A stretch of DNA of 62,740 bases from Tubiluchus corallicola (taxonomy: Eukaryota > Animalia > Priapulida): the NCBI GenBank assembly GCA_030141605.1, contig JAQGDQ010000349.1, positions 187,997 to 250,736 on the forward strand, written 5' to 3'. Positions 1 through 12,879 of this stretch are shown one piece after another. A model generated the notes under the pieces. It saw nothing but the letters and a program-made list of their open reading frames with translations, was not told the origin of the DNA and did no database searches. A program made the translations under genes and the position numbers. Every line of letters starts with the position of its first letter. The stretch's first letter is position 1.

Positions 1-441
1 TTTTTAACTCATTGAATAAAAGAGGCAGTGAAACCAGATTATTGCTATCATATTTGTGTGAGAAATCATGCTCCCGGAAACTTGCTTGCCTTACGAGTTA
101 AATCTCTTACTATAGTTACACGAAGCCTTGTGAATGTTACCAATGTAGAAAAGGCGTTTCTGTGAAATGTGTCACACAAGAATTGATACGAGCAGAAACT
201 TTATAAATGAGACTGTTAAATAAAAGTTTTGCTCTAAACGCGTATAAGAGAATTCCACAAAAGAGATAGCGTTGTTATTAACGGTTTTACGAAAGAAATG
301 AATTGCAAGAAATTGTTTGTTATTACAGGCAGAGAGGCGTTTCGGTAACTCACACTATGGAAGCCATACAAATGTGGCTTTTGGTATAATAGTTTAAGCC
401 TTGCCTTCTTATACATAAACCCATGCAAGAGCAAGGCCTTA

Positions 442-658
442 AGTGGCGTTTATCTGGCATCCGGAATGCGTATGCGTTATCCGGATGTGGAATATATAAA
501 ATCGGTTTATGTTGTTTTCAATGCACCCGTTTATCAGACCTGGAATATGCGTTATTTTCTTTCAGCAGCTACTTCCTATTGGCATTTAATACGCAGTTAT
601 TCCACAGGTGGATAACGTATAACGCACACACATTGTGGATACCCAGGTAAACGCCACT
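442..658 (+). mobile_element. PIF/Harbinger-type (Tourist-like) MITE, copy 1
   Basis: Imperfect ~22-bp TIRs (AGTGGCGTTTATCTGGCATCC ... GGATACCCAGGTAAACGCCACT), flanked on both sides by TTA (439-441, 659-661), the TWA target duplication typical of PIF/Harbinger. A diverged inverted copy lies at 3603-3817. Confidence 0.75.
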
Positions 659-829
659 TTATAAAGGCAATTTATGTAAAAAAAGATTTTTTATAATTAC
701 TAGTGCAACACAGCTACGTAAACACTAATGAAGGAGGAAAACTATTTATGTGCAACATATTTTTGAAAATGTTTACTGATTAGATTATTCGTCCTCACTC
801 GTACAGAATACCATGAAGGAAAAATCCAC

Positions 830-1510
830 AAAACAGAACAGAAGGAATTGAAATGGAATTAAACAACGCAAACAACAAAGCAGAAGTAAAGCAAACAAAA
901 CAGAAATTAACGAGACAAAACAGAAATGAAGCAAACAAAACAGAAATGAACGAGACAAAACAGAAATGAAGCAAATAAAACAGAAATGAAGCAAACAAAA
1001 CAGAAATGAAGCAAACAAAACAGAAATGCAGCAAATAAAACAGAAATCAAGCAAACAAAACAGAAATGAAATAAACAAAACAGAAATGAACGAGGCAAAA
1101 CAGAAATGAAACAAATAAAACAGAAATGAAATAAACAAAACAGAAATGAAATAAACAAAACAGAAATGAACGAGACAACACAGAAATGAACGTGACAAAA
1201 CAGAAATGAAGCAAACAAAACAGAAATGAACGAGACAAAACAGAAATGAAGCAAACAAAACAGAAATGCAGCAAACAAAATAGTAATGAAGTAAACAAAA
1301 CAGAAATGAACGAGACAAAACAGAAATGAACGATACAACACAGAAATGAACGAGACAAAACAGAAATGAAATAAACAAAACAGAAATGAACGAGACAAAA
1401 CAGAAATGAAATAAACAAAACAGAAATGAACGAGACAAAACAGAAATGAAGGAATCAAACAATAAGTGAACGAGACAAACAGAAATGAATTTAACAAAAT
1501 AGAAATAAAT
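830..1510. repeat. 20-bp minisatellite (CAGAAATGAA-GCAAACAAAA / -CGAGACAAAA variants)
   Basis: CAGAAATGAA recurs in exact 20-bp register from 901 to 1450. This explains the four overlapping Phe/Cys/Leu-rich minus-strand ORFs. Confidence 0.97.
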
Positions 1511-1639
1511 GTATTCCACAAAATTAGTCATAAAGCATCGCAAGTGCTAAGCGCATAGTTCACGGATGCTTTTTGTACGTGGTGTTCTGCCAATTTTTGT
1601 AAAAAAATAACAGGCGAAAGGAGCACTTTGGCAGTTTTT

Positions 1640-1803
1640 AGTCCTGCACCTGTCCAGGGTCAAAATACTATTTTCTTGTCCCCTACCCATAAAGTTTCAT
1701 TGAAATCTGTTTTTGTGTAATAGGCTTACTGCTGTAACAGACAAAAATAAACAAACAGACAAACAAACAGGGTTGAAGCATAATTTCGTTGGCAGAGATA
1801 AAA
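1640..1803 (+). mobile_element. Possible Helentron/HINE-like non-autonomous element end
   Basis: AAGTTTCATTGAAATC, then an (AAAC/AGAC)n tract, then GGGTTGAAGCATAATTTCGTTGGCAGAGATAA. This resembles the organisation of HINE/DINE-1-like repeat ends; recognised from memory only. Confidence 0.3.
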
Positions 1804-2154
1804 ATAACCAAAGTATTTCTTTTAACTTATCACCATTTGTGTCGTTTCTTCCAACTTTTTCTTACGCTATTACGCCTGCGTCAGTTTTACCCATATTAGG
1901 CTATCATTATATTTATGATCAAAAGTGGTTTTGGATGCTTTCGCTTTAACAATAAAAGCGATTGATCCACATTGTTGTATAGCTTACTTCATCCTCTGTC
2001 CCAAGAGCTACGAAACTGCCTTCATACCTTCCAATAAGTGCCACACAGACGTATTATGTATAAGGTTGTATGAACAAAAATCTGTTTGTCAAGTTTACAA
2101 TCGTTTTGCCCCTTTCATTTCTCTTTTTCGTGGTCATAACTGTTTTGCGCCGTC

Positions 2155-2565
2155 TCGCTAATTTCTGTTTTGTTTGCTGCATTTCTATTTTATTTCATTC
2201 ATTTCTGCACTGTTTGCTTCATTTGTATTTTGTTCGCTTCACTTCTGTTTTGTCCCGTTCACTTGTACTTATTGTTTGATTCCTTCATTTCTTTATTGTC
2301 TTCTTCATTTCAGATTTGCTTCTTTAATTTTTCTATAGTGTGTTCTTCATTTCAGATTTTATTCCTTCATTTCTCTATTGTCTTCATTTCAGATCTGATT
2401 CCTTCATTTCTCTATTGTCTTCTTCATTTCAGATTTGATTCCTTCATTTCTCTATTGTCTTCTTCATTTCAGATTTGATTCCTTCATTTCTCTATTGTCT
2501 TCTTCATTTCAGATTTGATTCCTTCATTTCTCTATTGTCTTCATTTCAGATTTTATTCCTTCATT
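2155..2565. repeat. Inverted relative of the 20-bp minisatellite, grading into a 40-bp minisatellite
   Basis: 2155-2290 is reverse-complement 20-mer units. CCTTCATTTCTCTATTGTCTTCTTCATTTCAGATTTGATT repeats at 2401, 2441 and 2481 (40-bp period). Confidence 0.92.
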
Positions 2566-2607
2566 TGCGCCATACACTCGCACAAAGAGTTAGAGAGCGC
2601 CCTCACA

Positions 2608-2608
<1 letters not shown>

Positions 2609-2652
<44 letters not shown>
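2609..2652. repeat. (TA)n microsatellite
   Basis: Direct inspection. Confidence 0.98.
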
Positions 2653-2654
<2 letters not shown>

Positions 2655-3602
2655 CATTAAGAAATTTGGGGAGAAAAGCAGAAAATTTGTGTAGGTTTTC
2701 AAAGCAAATTTTGATAATGGAAGCTTATGTTTGCCTCTGAATTTCCTCCCTGTTTTCTTTATGCGAGATTGAATAAATTGTCTTCATTTGACGTTTTTTT
2801 GATTTCGTGGAACTTGTTTCTATGATTGCTAGTAGACTTATTGAAAGACTCATCTAAGAATATCTTGTGTAGAGCTAAGCCACATGTCAAGAAGTAAGTC
2901 AGCACACGGCGCCCATACAGACGTGCGACTTCTTGAACAATAATTAATTTCATTACAGTTAATAGTTGTGTGATAATAAATTGAAGATATTTCAGCAGGC
3001 GGCGCTGAAATGTGGGAGGGAATTCAAAGGACCTGCCGCCTCTAAACCCTGTGGTTTGATAATGGTCTTTTGATTGTTTACATCTTTTGATGTAGTTGTA
3101 GAATTTTTTCGAATATATCCAGAAATGTCCTAAGTTGCCGCATAAGACATTTTATGAACAAAACAAAGTACATAACCAAATAAATCTAAATAATCTATAC
3201 GTTTTTACTTTGCGTAATAAACCATCCAGGCATTTAGTTTGCTTTGTTCCTCAGCAATATGCAAGCAAACGTTTCCAACTTTTAGAAAGCCTTGTAAATA
3301 GCACGATTTTTTGCAATCAAAGTCAATATGTCTATTTTGCAAGGGAAGCCATGGAACAAAATGACTGCATTGCTTGCGCAGGGATTTTTGCACGCAACTA
3401 CAGTGTATACAGCGTATCATCAACGTTTTCAAATTGAAAAACAAATACTATACTATATTGTTCGCCTGTCTCAGATGACGTTCGTCACATTGACTAGAAA
3501 CTTCGTATAAATATTTTGGCTTTTGTACTGTCGCGAGGTACTCAAGGATTCGTTATATACTTTTGCAGCCTGCTGCCTACTGCACGACTTTTGCACTCAT
3601 TA

Positions 3603-3817
3603 AGTGACGTTTGCTTAGCATCCGGAATACCTTATACGTTATGCTTATCCACCTGTAGAATTGTTGCGTATAAAAAATCAAATGGAAATAGCTGCAGAAA
3701 AAATAACGCATAACTCAGGTCTGATAAAACGGGTGCATAGAAAACAATATAAACCGATTTTATCTATTCCACATCAGCATAACGCATGCGCATTCTGGAT
3801 TCTAGCTAAACGGCACT
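3603..3817 (-). mobile_element. PIF/Harbinger-type MITE, copy 2 (opposite orientation to 442-658)
   Basis: Internal blocks are reverse complements of copy 1 (e.g. AAACGGGTGCAT, ATAAACCGATTTTAT, CAGGTCTGATAAA). Ends AGTGACGTTT...AAACGGCACT, flanked by TTA (3600-3602, 3818-3820). Confidence 0.72.
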
Positions 3818-4056
3818 TTAATCAGGTCAAGTACAGCGTTTGTAATAATAAAGCAAGTGACTACATAACGTAAGTTACTTTTTCGTCTCGTGAAAAATTC
3901 GTGGGGCAAAAAACGTAAATCACGTTTCATCATAACCATAGATACAAAAAAGTAAAAAGCAAAATACTTAATAGAAAACCAATATATTGATGTGTTTAAA
4001 AGTTGAGTTTAGGCTCTACGTTACTTTTTGTTATTGTAGGACGTTTGTTGTAAGGG

Positions 4057-4162
4057 CTCGATTCCACTGACTGACTGACAGTCAGTATGGATCCGATTCC
4101 ACTAACTGACAGTCAGTATGGACTAGATTTCAATGACTGAGAGTCAGTATGGACTCGACTGC
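4057..4162. repeat. Short ~31-35 bp tandem repeat (GATTCCACT..CTGACAGTCAGTATGGA), about 3 copies
   Basis: AGTCAGTATGGA recurs three times in about 100 bp. Confidence 0.8.
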
Positions 4163-4782
4163 ACCTCAAGTGCTTGCCACTATATGCCATAATTGTCTTT
4201 CTAGGGCAAAGGAGTTAAACAGACAGTAACTTTTGTCATGTTTTTGCAGTTATAGTGCAAGTTTGAATATGTGTTTTATTTTATTTTTTATTTTTGTTTC
4301 ATAGTAATGTTAAACGACTGGTCTTTCCTGGACATAAGATTGTGTCTCAACATAATCTTTGTCAATGAACTACTACTACAGTACAGTGTTTTAATCTTTT
4401 CTCGTCTCTTAGATGCTTCGGATTTTGCTGTCATTTAAGAACCATCACCCACGAAGTCTAAAGACGTTAGCTACAATATTACTTAGAAGTTTCAATACAA
4501 TTGGAACCGTCAAAAATACTGTTTCCACCTGCCCTCAGAATGGATGATAAATAGTTATTGTATTTCATCTGTTTTGTCTGTTCACAGTCCTCAATGGATT
4601 TAATTCACAGGAAATTAATTATAACTGAAACAGCTGCTACAGGCAGCAAAAAATCAAAATGTCTTTTGGCTGTAAAGTTAATAAGCCCAGTCTTGGATGG
4701 TGAATAGATCGAACATTGTGGGCAGTTTCCGGGCAGTTTATCTACCATTGTAACTTAATTAGTTTACTTGATTAGTTAGCTA

Positions 4783-5010
4783 GTCAGTCTGTCTGCGGTC
4801 GGTCGGTCAGTCAGTCAGTCAGTCAGTCAGTCAGTCAGTCAGTCAGTCAGTCAGTCAGTCAGTCAGTCAGTCAGTCAGTCAGTCAGTCAGTCAGTCAGTC
4901 AGTCAGTCAGTCAGTCAGTCAGTTTGTTAGATAAGTAGCTGGTTGGTTGGTTGGTTGGTTGGTTGGTTGGTTAGTTAGTTTAGTTGGTTGGTTGGTTGGT
5001 TGGTTGGTTG

Positions 5011-5095
<85 letters not shown>
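4783..5095. repeat. Compound tetranucleotide microsatellite (TCAG)n-(TTGG)n-(TTAG)n
   Basis: Direct inspection. Confidence 0.97.
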
Positions 5096-5096
<1 letters not shown>

Positions 5097-7020
5097 GCTT
5101 TCAGTTGTTTTTCTCATTAACGGAAGACCTACAAAACACCCGAACGTGACTAAGACCTCTGGCAGTTTAGTGCTTGATTTTACAAGATTACATAGATTCC
5201 GGTCCAGCTGCAACTATACATATTAGTAGGCTACCGTTCAATACTAGACTATAGTTTGCACAAATCTCGGGTATCACTCGACGCATAAAATCCCGATTAA
5301 ACCCTCTTGGCGATTACCCCCCCCCCCCCCCATGTGATTTTCAGATCAGTAGTTCTTGAAGTAAATATCATAATAAATCTTTGTATTATCATAAATTATA
5401 AACAACAACAATGATAGAGCTCCTCTATTTGCAGAGAAAAATTCTACTAATATACACACTTGCATATTTAATATTGCGACTACAAACTGCAATAGCAAAG
5501 ACCTAAACAAAATAATTTAAACAAGAAAACAAAACATAATTAAAAAATCACCTAAATTTACAATGATTGGACGATTAATAAGAAATAATACTGTACAAAT
5601 TACATGCAGATAATAATATTATGTTGACGTGTTACGTTGCGGGTTTGTAGCAATGAAGTAAAATAGCTTCTTAAAAAATCTTTTACACTCTCCTTCCTGA
5701 TGAAAAGAGCAAGATTATCCTCTACTACTTATTTATTAAAAGGGTGTTTTATACAGTAGGGACAGAAGGAATTTGCCCTGAAAATGTTCGAAGATGCCCT
5801 AGCTTGAGTGATGTGCAAATAAGGGCAAACGACAAGCCACACAATTATAGAGGATATAGACTGACAAAAGTTTTTGAAAAACCAAATACTCATCCCTATA
5901 TAATGATTAAGTTTTATCTTTCTTAATATAAACATAATACTGTAGCTGCAATAGTATGAATACATAAATGCACAAAGTTCAAATAGTAATATATTTTGCA
6001 AGGAAAACATCATGAAATCTAACAAGTTGTTTTCACTGAGCAAACATGTTAATATTCATATATGCTTTTTCTAATGTTTTATAACATTATTAGTACATTG
6101 ATGATGATACACTTAAAAAGTGCATAAGGGACTTATGTGGTTTAGTGAATTTTATAACACGTACTATTATTAATTTTAGAATTATTAAAAGTTAAAAACA
6201 ATTTGACGTACAAGAAACAAATAGGAGTCAGTAAAAAGAGATGTTATATTATATAAGCATTTTTTGAATATTGAAATAGTACATTTGCCGTGGAAGGTAT
6301 TATTTCCCTGAAAATAATCAGGTTTTACCCTGAAAATATAACAACTCACTGGACCTATGGGAGCTGCCTGCCTACCACCTAAACCCCACCTCCCGCCACC
6401 CTGACTCGAACAACCATACTCATTACAGGGTACCTAGCTACTATGACTACTGTATCTCATTAACCGTTACGGCGACATGATATCTGGTAGAATTTGAGCC
6501 TTGTTGTTTTCCTCGAGAAAGTCCTTCGAAATTTCTGCATAAAATTGGCGAGCAAAAAATATCAATATCTAATTTTCATTAAAAACAACGTGTACTTTTA
6601 GATAGCAAGACAAAATTAAAACTATGATGATTTGCGCGTCTATGAAATTTTAACTGCTAAATGCTACCATCATAGCATCCATTTAACAATAAAACGGACA
6701 AGCTCTTATAACATTAGAAAGTTTACACCGGTCATCAAAGCATCTGCCGTGTTTTACTGGCATCTAAAAAGACATCTCATGCCTTTAACTGCATCACTAT
6801 ATTCCAGGCAATTGCGTTTGCACAGCATGATAGAAACTAGTAAAGCATACAATAAACCTAAGCTTTATACTCCTCTACTTTATAGCTCTTATAGTTGAGG
6901 CAAGATGGCGTACAAACACATACTCGAACGTCATCGAAATATCTCTGCTAGTTTATCTCATATGCTATAATAATATAGCTTCCGGTTCTATATGAATTAT
7001 ATACAATTATACGTATTATA

Positions 7021-7112
7021 TACAATAATTTCTGTACATTGATTTTCTGAAATTTGTTCGTGTTTCTCCTTTTCTAAATTTCGACTGCTAGTGTGTGTTT
7101 CATACACATTAA

Positions 7113-7150
<38 letters not shown>

Positions 7151-7622
7151 ACATTTATATATGCAGTTTGTATACAGCATATATATATATATATATATGC
7201 TGTATACAAACTGCATATATAAATGTCTTTATTTGGTAATAAAATAATGATAGCATACATTATAATGTCATTCACTGTGTTACCTGCAATGCTGGGCTAC
7301 ACTTCTAATAGGTTTATGCGTCAACTAAGAGTGCAGTAGGAGTGCATAAAAACCAAGTAATAAAGTAAAAAATGACGTAAGCTACAGAAATGCACATATC
7401 CAAGAATCAAAACACACTTTTACAAATACAATCATTCAAGCAACTCGAGTATAACATTATACAGGTAATACACACGTATTTTGACATGAGCACAAAACAC
7501 ATCACACAGTACAATTAGACATTCGAACGGTACAATAATTTCTGTACATTAATTTTCTGAAATTTGTTCGTGTTTCTCCTTTTTTAAATTTCGACTGCTA
7601 GTGTGTGTTTCATACACATTAA
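7021..7622. repeat. 92-bp direct repeat pair (7021-7112 and 7531-7622) enclosing an 88-bp palindrome (7145-7232)
   Basis: The two copies of TACAATAATTTCTGTACATT...CATACACATTAA differ at about 2 positions. Palindrome arms ATAAAGACATTTATATATGCAGTTTGTATACAGC / GCTGTATACAAACTGCATATATAAATGTCTTTAT flank an (AT)n centre. Confidence 0.95.
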
Positions 7623-8429
7623 GCGCACCCTTACTGTTGAGTCATGAGTTTCTGTTTGCAAAGTGTCTTTTCTTGAAATATTTATACAGCAGGTTGCCCA
7701 AACAACTCGAACAAACTAATAGACAATTAGACAGTAATGATAGAAATTGTTACACCCCCCTACCCCTAAATATTTGAATCCATGCACTGAGAAATGGCGT
7801 GACTACTGATAGTGTAACAATGTGTAACGTAAATCCAAGCCACTTTCTTAGGCAAACAGAAACCAGTAGCATGATAAGATTGGGCATTTGATCAACTCTC
7901 AGTGCAAGTATACAGCATAAGCCCATACTTCAGAGATAACTTCTCTCTTGCTAACATAACAAATCTCATAACAGATGGCGCTAATGTATCATAATTACAT
8001 TTTCTTGTGCTCGGCCTGCCTCATGTTCACATTAGTCAGGTTATCTTTGTATGTATAAAGGATAAAGCAAAGAATCAGTCATTTTATTCTTAGCTCTTAA
8101 GAGGTGACTGTCTAACATACGACATAATGCATTCATTTGTTGTATTCCTGAGTGCAAATTAGATCCATGTACATACATTTCAGTTCCATTCACTTTTCTT
8201 GAAGGTTGCATAACTTGCTTAAAAGCGCATTTATATATAACCTCAAATAAGTGAACTGCTTCGCCACACGATTTAATTTCGAATAAGTTAGGATTCATAA
8301 TAATAACAAAAACTATAGCAATTGTTATTCAGTTGGAAGTACAAATTTCTCGTCCGAATGTTTTGTTTACGTTTTGCCCCAAGACTGCTGAAACAACTGT
8401 TATCTAAAGTGACAGAGAAGAATTAAGAA

Positions 8430-8800
8430 TAGAAGAGCACAGCAAAGATAGGACAGAGAGAGAGAGAAAGAAAGAGAGAGAGAGAGAAAGAGAGAGAAAG
8501 AAAGAAAGAAAGAAAGGGAAAAAGGAAGGAGAGGGAACGAAAAGAGAGAGAGGGTGGGAATAGAGGGAGACATAGAAACAGTGAGGAAAAAGAGAAGAGG
8601 AGAGAAAGCTGTGAATAGTGGGGGAAAATAGAGGGAACGAAGAAATAGAGTGTGAGAGGAAATAGAATAAAGGAGAAGAGAACGAAGAATGATGAAGAGA
8701 AGAGAATGAGCCGAGGGGTTTGTAGAATGAGAGAAATAGTCGAAGAGAAAAAGAGGAAAGAAAAGGAACGTGAAAATTTGGAAAAGAAAAGCAAAGAAAA
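8430..8800. repeat. Purine-rich (GA/GAAA) low-complexity tract
   Basis: Direct inspection; explains the ORFs at 8400-8888. Confidence 0.85.
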
Positions 8801-9023
8801 CATTACTGTGCACAATATTCATGTTCTGAGGTATTTTTTCAGTGTGAAGTCTTATACTTCAGTGAAATTCAAAGTAACTCGCACGTAGCACACAACCAAG
8901 TGAAGCCCAGCTGTGTGAAACAACCAAGCCAGTCTCGCACAGCAACATTCTGCTGCCATCTGTCAGTTGAGCGCGAAACTAATCAGGAATTCTGATTTCA
9001 TTTTTGTTTTCAACCCCATAGGA

Positions 9024-9660
9024 AGTAAGTAAGTAAGTAAGTAAGTTATTTTATTTCAAACACGAGGTTCATAAACATAGTTACAATAAAAATTAAAATT
9101 TGCAAAAATTATAAGGTAAAAGTAATAGAATAAATGTTTACACAATAGAAATGTTAGCTAAACTGCAGCGAATCACCTGTAAAATGTTAATCACCAAAAT
9201 CGCCAGTTACGTAATTCAGAAGTAACCTGAATATCTGAATTTCTTAAACAGCAAATAATATTATTATCATAATTAATCAATCATGTCCTAAGCGAATAAC
9301 AACATTTTCGTAATAGAACGTCAAAATAATGAATATTTCGATCTATACTCATTTGCCGAGCACCACAACCAAACGGTAACTTAAACAGTTTTTTAATACA
9401 ATCACTGTATGTAACCTTCAATTTCCGATATGAATATGTAAAATAATCCTGCCGGAGCGACGCTCCATACATATACATGTTTTAAAGTAGTACAAAATGT
9501 TTTAAACAATCGAACTCTTATTTCATCATTACATTTAGAAATATTTCTGATTAAAATATCAATTCTAGCACCTACTAAACATTTTGCATTACGTGTTTGA
9601 GATATAATGTGACCAAGATATTTTTCACTAGAAGCAGGTAACAATTTAGATGAAGAACAG
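9024..9660 (-). mobile_element. 5'-truncated, decayed LINE (L2/CR1-group) 3' fragment
   Basis: Minus-strand frames give EKYLGHII...LIRNISKCNDEIRVRLFKTFC and RKLKVTYSDCIKKLFKLP...FDVLLRK, typical post-RT ORF2 C-terminal motifs, with frameshifts. It ends in AATAAA plus a (TTAC)n tail at 9024-9057. Confidence 0.8.
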
Positions 9661-9835
9661 TAAATACTGCCTCAAAACGGTTTTCCCGACAACGGGAAGT
9701 GTGAGTCAAGTGAGTCGGAGTCCAGAAGCTATGAGCAGAATACAGCAGGGCGGAAAACAAAATAAAAAAGAAAGAGCACGATAGTTGATCTTCTTTGACA
9801 GTGAAATAAATGAAGAATATAACGAATACAGTTGC

Positions 9836-10069
<234 letters not shown>

Positions 10070-11894
10070 TTCAAACTTACGTCTAGAGTTTATTTAACGC
10101 ACAGGAAAACACTGTTTTCATAAATAAAGCTTAAAAAACTCATCTTGCAATTTTGCATCCCAGGCTTACATACTGTCTTACTGCACACAGAGCTTGCGTT
10201 ATCAGCAACGTTTTAAAACATGAAATTCAAACACCCGCGATAATCGTTAGTTGCAGATGTACGTTTGAAATCAACTTAGATGGCATTGCAAAGGTTTGAA
10301 AAGTTAATGAGAGCATTCGCAGCGCACACTAGCTAAACAAAATAATTAATTAGTTTATATCTTGTCAATAAGATTAAAAATCATTATGGTGAGTCATATG
10401 TCGCGAAGTTCATCTCATAATTACTCATTAACAGCCTTAACATAAGCTTAAATTTAACTCGACTTATCTCCTATTTAGGCTTGATATAACATTGAAATAG
10501 CTTAAACTTCCTTCTAATCTTATTGTACTTATTTGCTTCTGAATGACCTATTACATTAATAGTGTTCCAGTTTTCTGTATTTAAGCTGTGTAAGACAGGT
10601 CTACATTGAACATTTAGGCCTGTAGGTGATCCAAGCTAATTGTTCCGCTGTGTTTAGGTATATATTAATATAGTAATATTTAGTAAGTTAGTAATATAAT
10701 TGCTCGTGACTTGTTAATAATTATGTTATTTGATTCTGTGATTGTACAGACATAATGTATCTTTTTCTTAGGTGAAAGTTTTATGGTTCGTGCCGATGGT
10801 ATGCTTTTGGTATGCATTTGAACTGTTTCTTATTTGCATTTTTGTCAGTCAGTCATATTATGTGTTTGATATTTTTGACGTCATGATAAATACTGCTTCT
10901 TTTTCAGTGACTGTTTCTGCCAGTGTAAACACACTTGTTTGAAATGTTTGTGAAAAACTCCTTTTTCTAGCAACCGTGATATTTTATTTTTTCACCCAAC
11001 TTTACCTTTTTGTTATGCTCTGAAGAGTTGTTTAACGTTAATGTATGGCAAATGTGATTGTTAATCTTATTTTCTTTTGTTTTTATTTTCATGCAGTTAA
11101 TAGTGCCAGCAATGATTCATCTTAAAAACCTACGACTTTACAGGACCTGGAAGAAAACCATAATATAGTTCAGTGTTCTTTAAAAGCTAACAGGCTTAAT
11201 AATTGTGGGCAAGTATTATCTTGGTGCTTGCTCTCCCCCTGAAGTTGTTTCGGTGACTTCAGTTTTCCTTGAGTCTTTTGTCTTAGCTGCGCTTAAAACA
11301 TTATCCTGCAAACTCATCAGGATATCACAAAACAATAACCTAACCCTTGCCCACACTGGGAAGGTGACATTTTACCAGTTCGTGCGGACTTTTTTAAATA
11401 TTTTAAATTACTAAAAATTTTCTTGTTCAGTTTCATAAGCCTTTCAAGCAGGTAAGTGCATTACCAACTAATATAGCTTTATGTGGAAAGTTTTTTGGGA
11501 CACATTTTAAAATTGATTTGTCTTCCCCTTTAATTTTCGTCAAACTTTTGCAAACCGTGCACAGCAGTATAAAGACGCCTCGTTTGAGAAATAGCAAACA
11601 CTTTAAAAACGCATTTTCTTAAGAGACAATATGAGAGAATTAAGATTACCAGTTTTAAAACGTTTTTAGCAATACGCACTCTGCAAACCGGATCCCAGTA
11701 CTGCTATTATTTAATGAAAATATTTGTGGCAGGACCAGAATCTCTTCAGATTAATAGATAATCCTAAGTTGAAACATTACATAATACAATAATCTTTATT
11801 TAAAGTAGGTTTTTGGAAGAACAGTTAACATAAGTTCAAAGAGCTTTTTGGCGACCGTAAATAATAACAACACTATAACTACTTGACAATTATT

Positions 11895-12000
11895 ACCTAA
11901 ATACCACGCCCCAGACAGGGCAACTGCAGATACCATTTTAAAGTCTTTGTTATTACTCGGCCACAGTATCGAACTCACGACCGAAAGCGGGCATTGGATT
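11895..12000 (-). mobile_element. tRNA-derived SINE fragment with Meta-domain-like core
   Basis: Minus strand reads GGTCGTGAGTTCGATACTGTGGCCGAGTAATAACAAAGACTTTAAAATGGTATCTGCAGTTGCCCTG. This is a Pol III B-box (GTTCGA) followed by CAAAGACTTTAAAATGGTA, resembling the MetaSINE core. Confidence 0.6.
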
Positions 12001-12740
12001 GTGTATATGCTCTCCCTCAACGACCTAGAAGCGCTTTACTACCCATTTACAAACCAGGCTCGATATTACTTAACTTCGGACGTAAAACGCATACAACGAT
12101 TATTCAACTTTTCTTCTCACCCTCTTCGCATTTTATGAAAGATTTTTCCTGTAAGCAGATTTATTTATTTTATTGTTCCTACGCAAAGCATGCAAAAGGT
12201 CAAAAGTCACAAGCGATGCACGTTGGAACTATGTAGGACCTCTATGCGACACAATTATATTTCATTTGGGGAGTTCGTCAACATCAATAGACTGTTTTCT
12301 TCACAATATTAGATAAAAAAACGCCATTTCAAAATTTTTCTGATTCTGACTGAAAACTGATCTTTGAAAATGGTAATTGTCTTCGCAGACTCACGCGCAG
12401 CAATAATTGCTGAAATTTTCGAAATGGCGACTTAGATTTTTTTGAATCAGAGGCTGTGATTTTCCTGCTGCTTTAATTTGAAGCAGCGGAAAATTTACAA
12501 CAGAGGCTGAGTTTGTGATGTAATTTTCCTGTGATAATTTAGACGGCACAAAAAAATAACGACTCTGCTTTTGTGGAACAGAAAAGATGAAACAAAATGA
12601 AAAACATTGTTAACAGACAAAATTAAAGTTTAAGTATTGAGTGGTTTTAGTACAGTCTTTTGTAAATTTCACAAAAAGTAAAAAACAAGTGCAGTTTATC
12701 ACAGTAGCTGGACCAGGCACAGCAGCGATAGGAACTGTTG

Positions 12741-12773
12741 CAACAACAACAACGACAACGACAACGACAACGG

Positions 12774-12819
<46 letters not shown>

Positions 12820-12822
12820 AAC
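12741..12822. repeat. (ACAACG)n/(ACA)n microsatellite
   Basis: Direct inspection. Confidence 0.95.
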
Positions 12823-12879
12823 AATAGCAGCAGCTTTAGTAGCAGAAAAATAGCAACAATAGCAACAGTAACAACAATA

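Noticed and set aside
785-1543. 252-aa and overlapping Cys/Phe-rich ORFs; the regular spacing is superficially CRISPR-like
   Set aside because: These are translations of a 20-bp minisatellite. The 10-bp variable halves recur and are not unique spacers, and there are no cas genes in this eukaryotic context.
5744-6351. 60-aa plus ORF after a possible acceptor; alternatively a hAT-like element (CAGT...ACTG ends, repeated CCCTGAAAAT)
   Set aside because: No convincing donor or homology for the exon reading, and no 8-bp TSD for the transposon reading.
8041-8298. 85-aa ATG-initiated minus-strand ORF
   Set aside because: No recognisable motif, splice context or compositional support.
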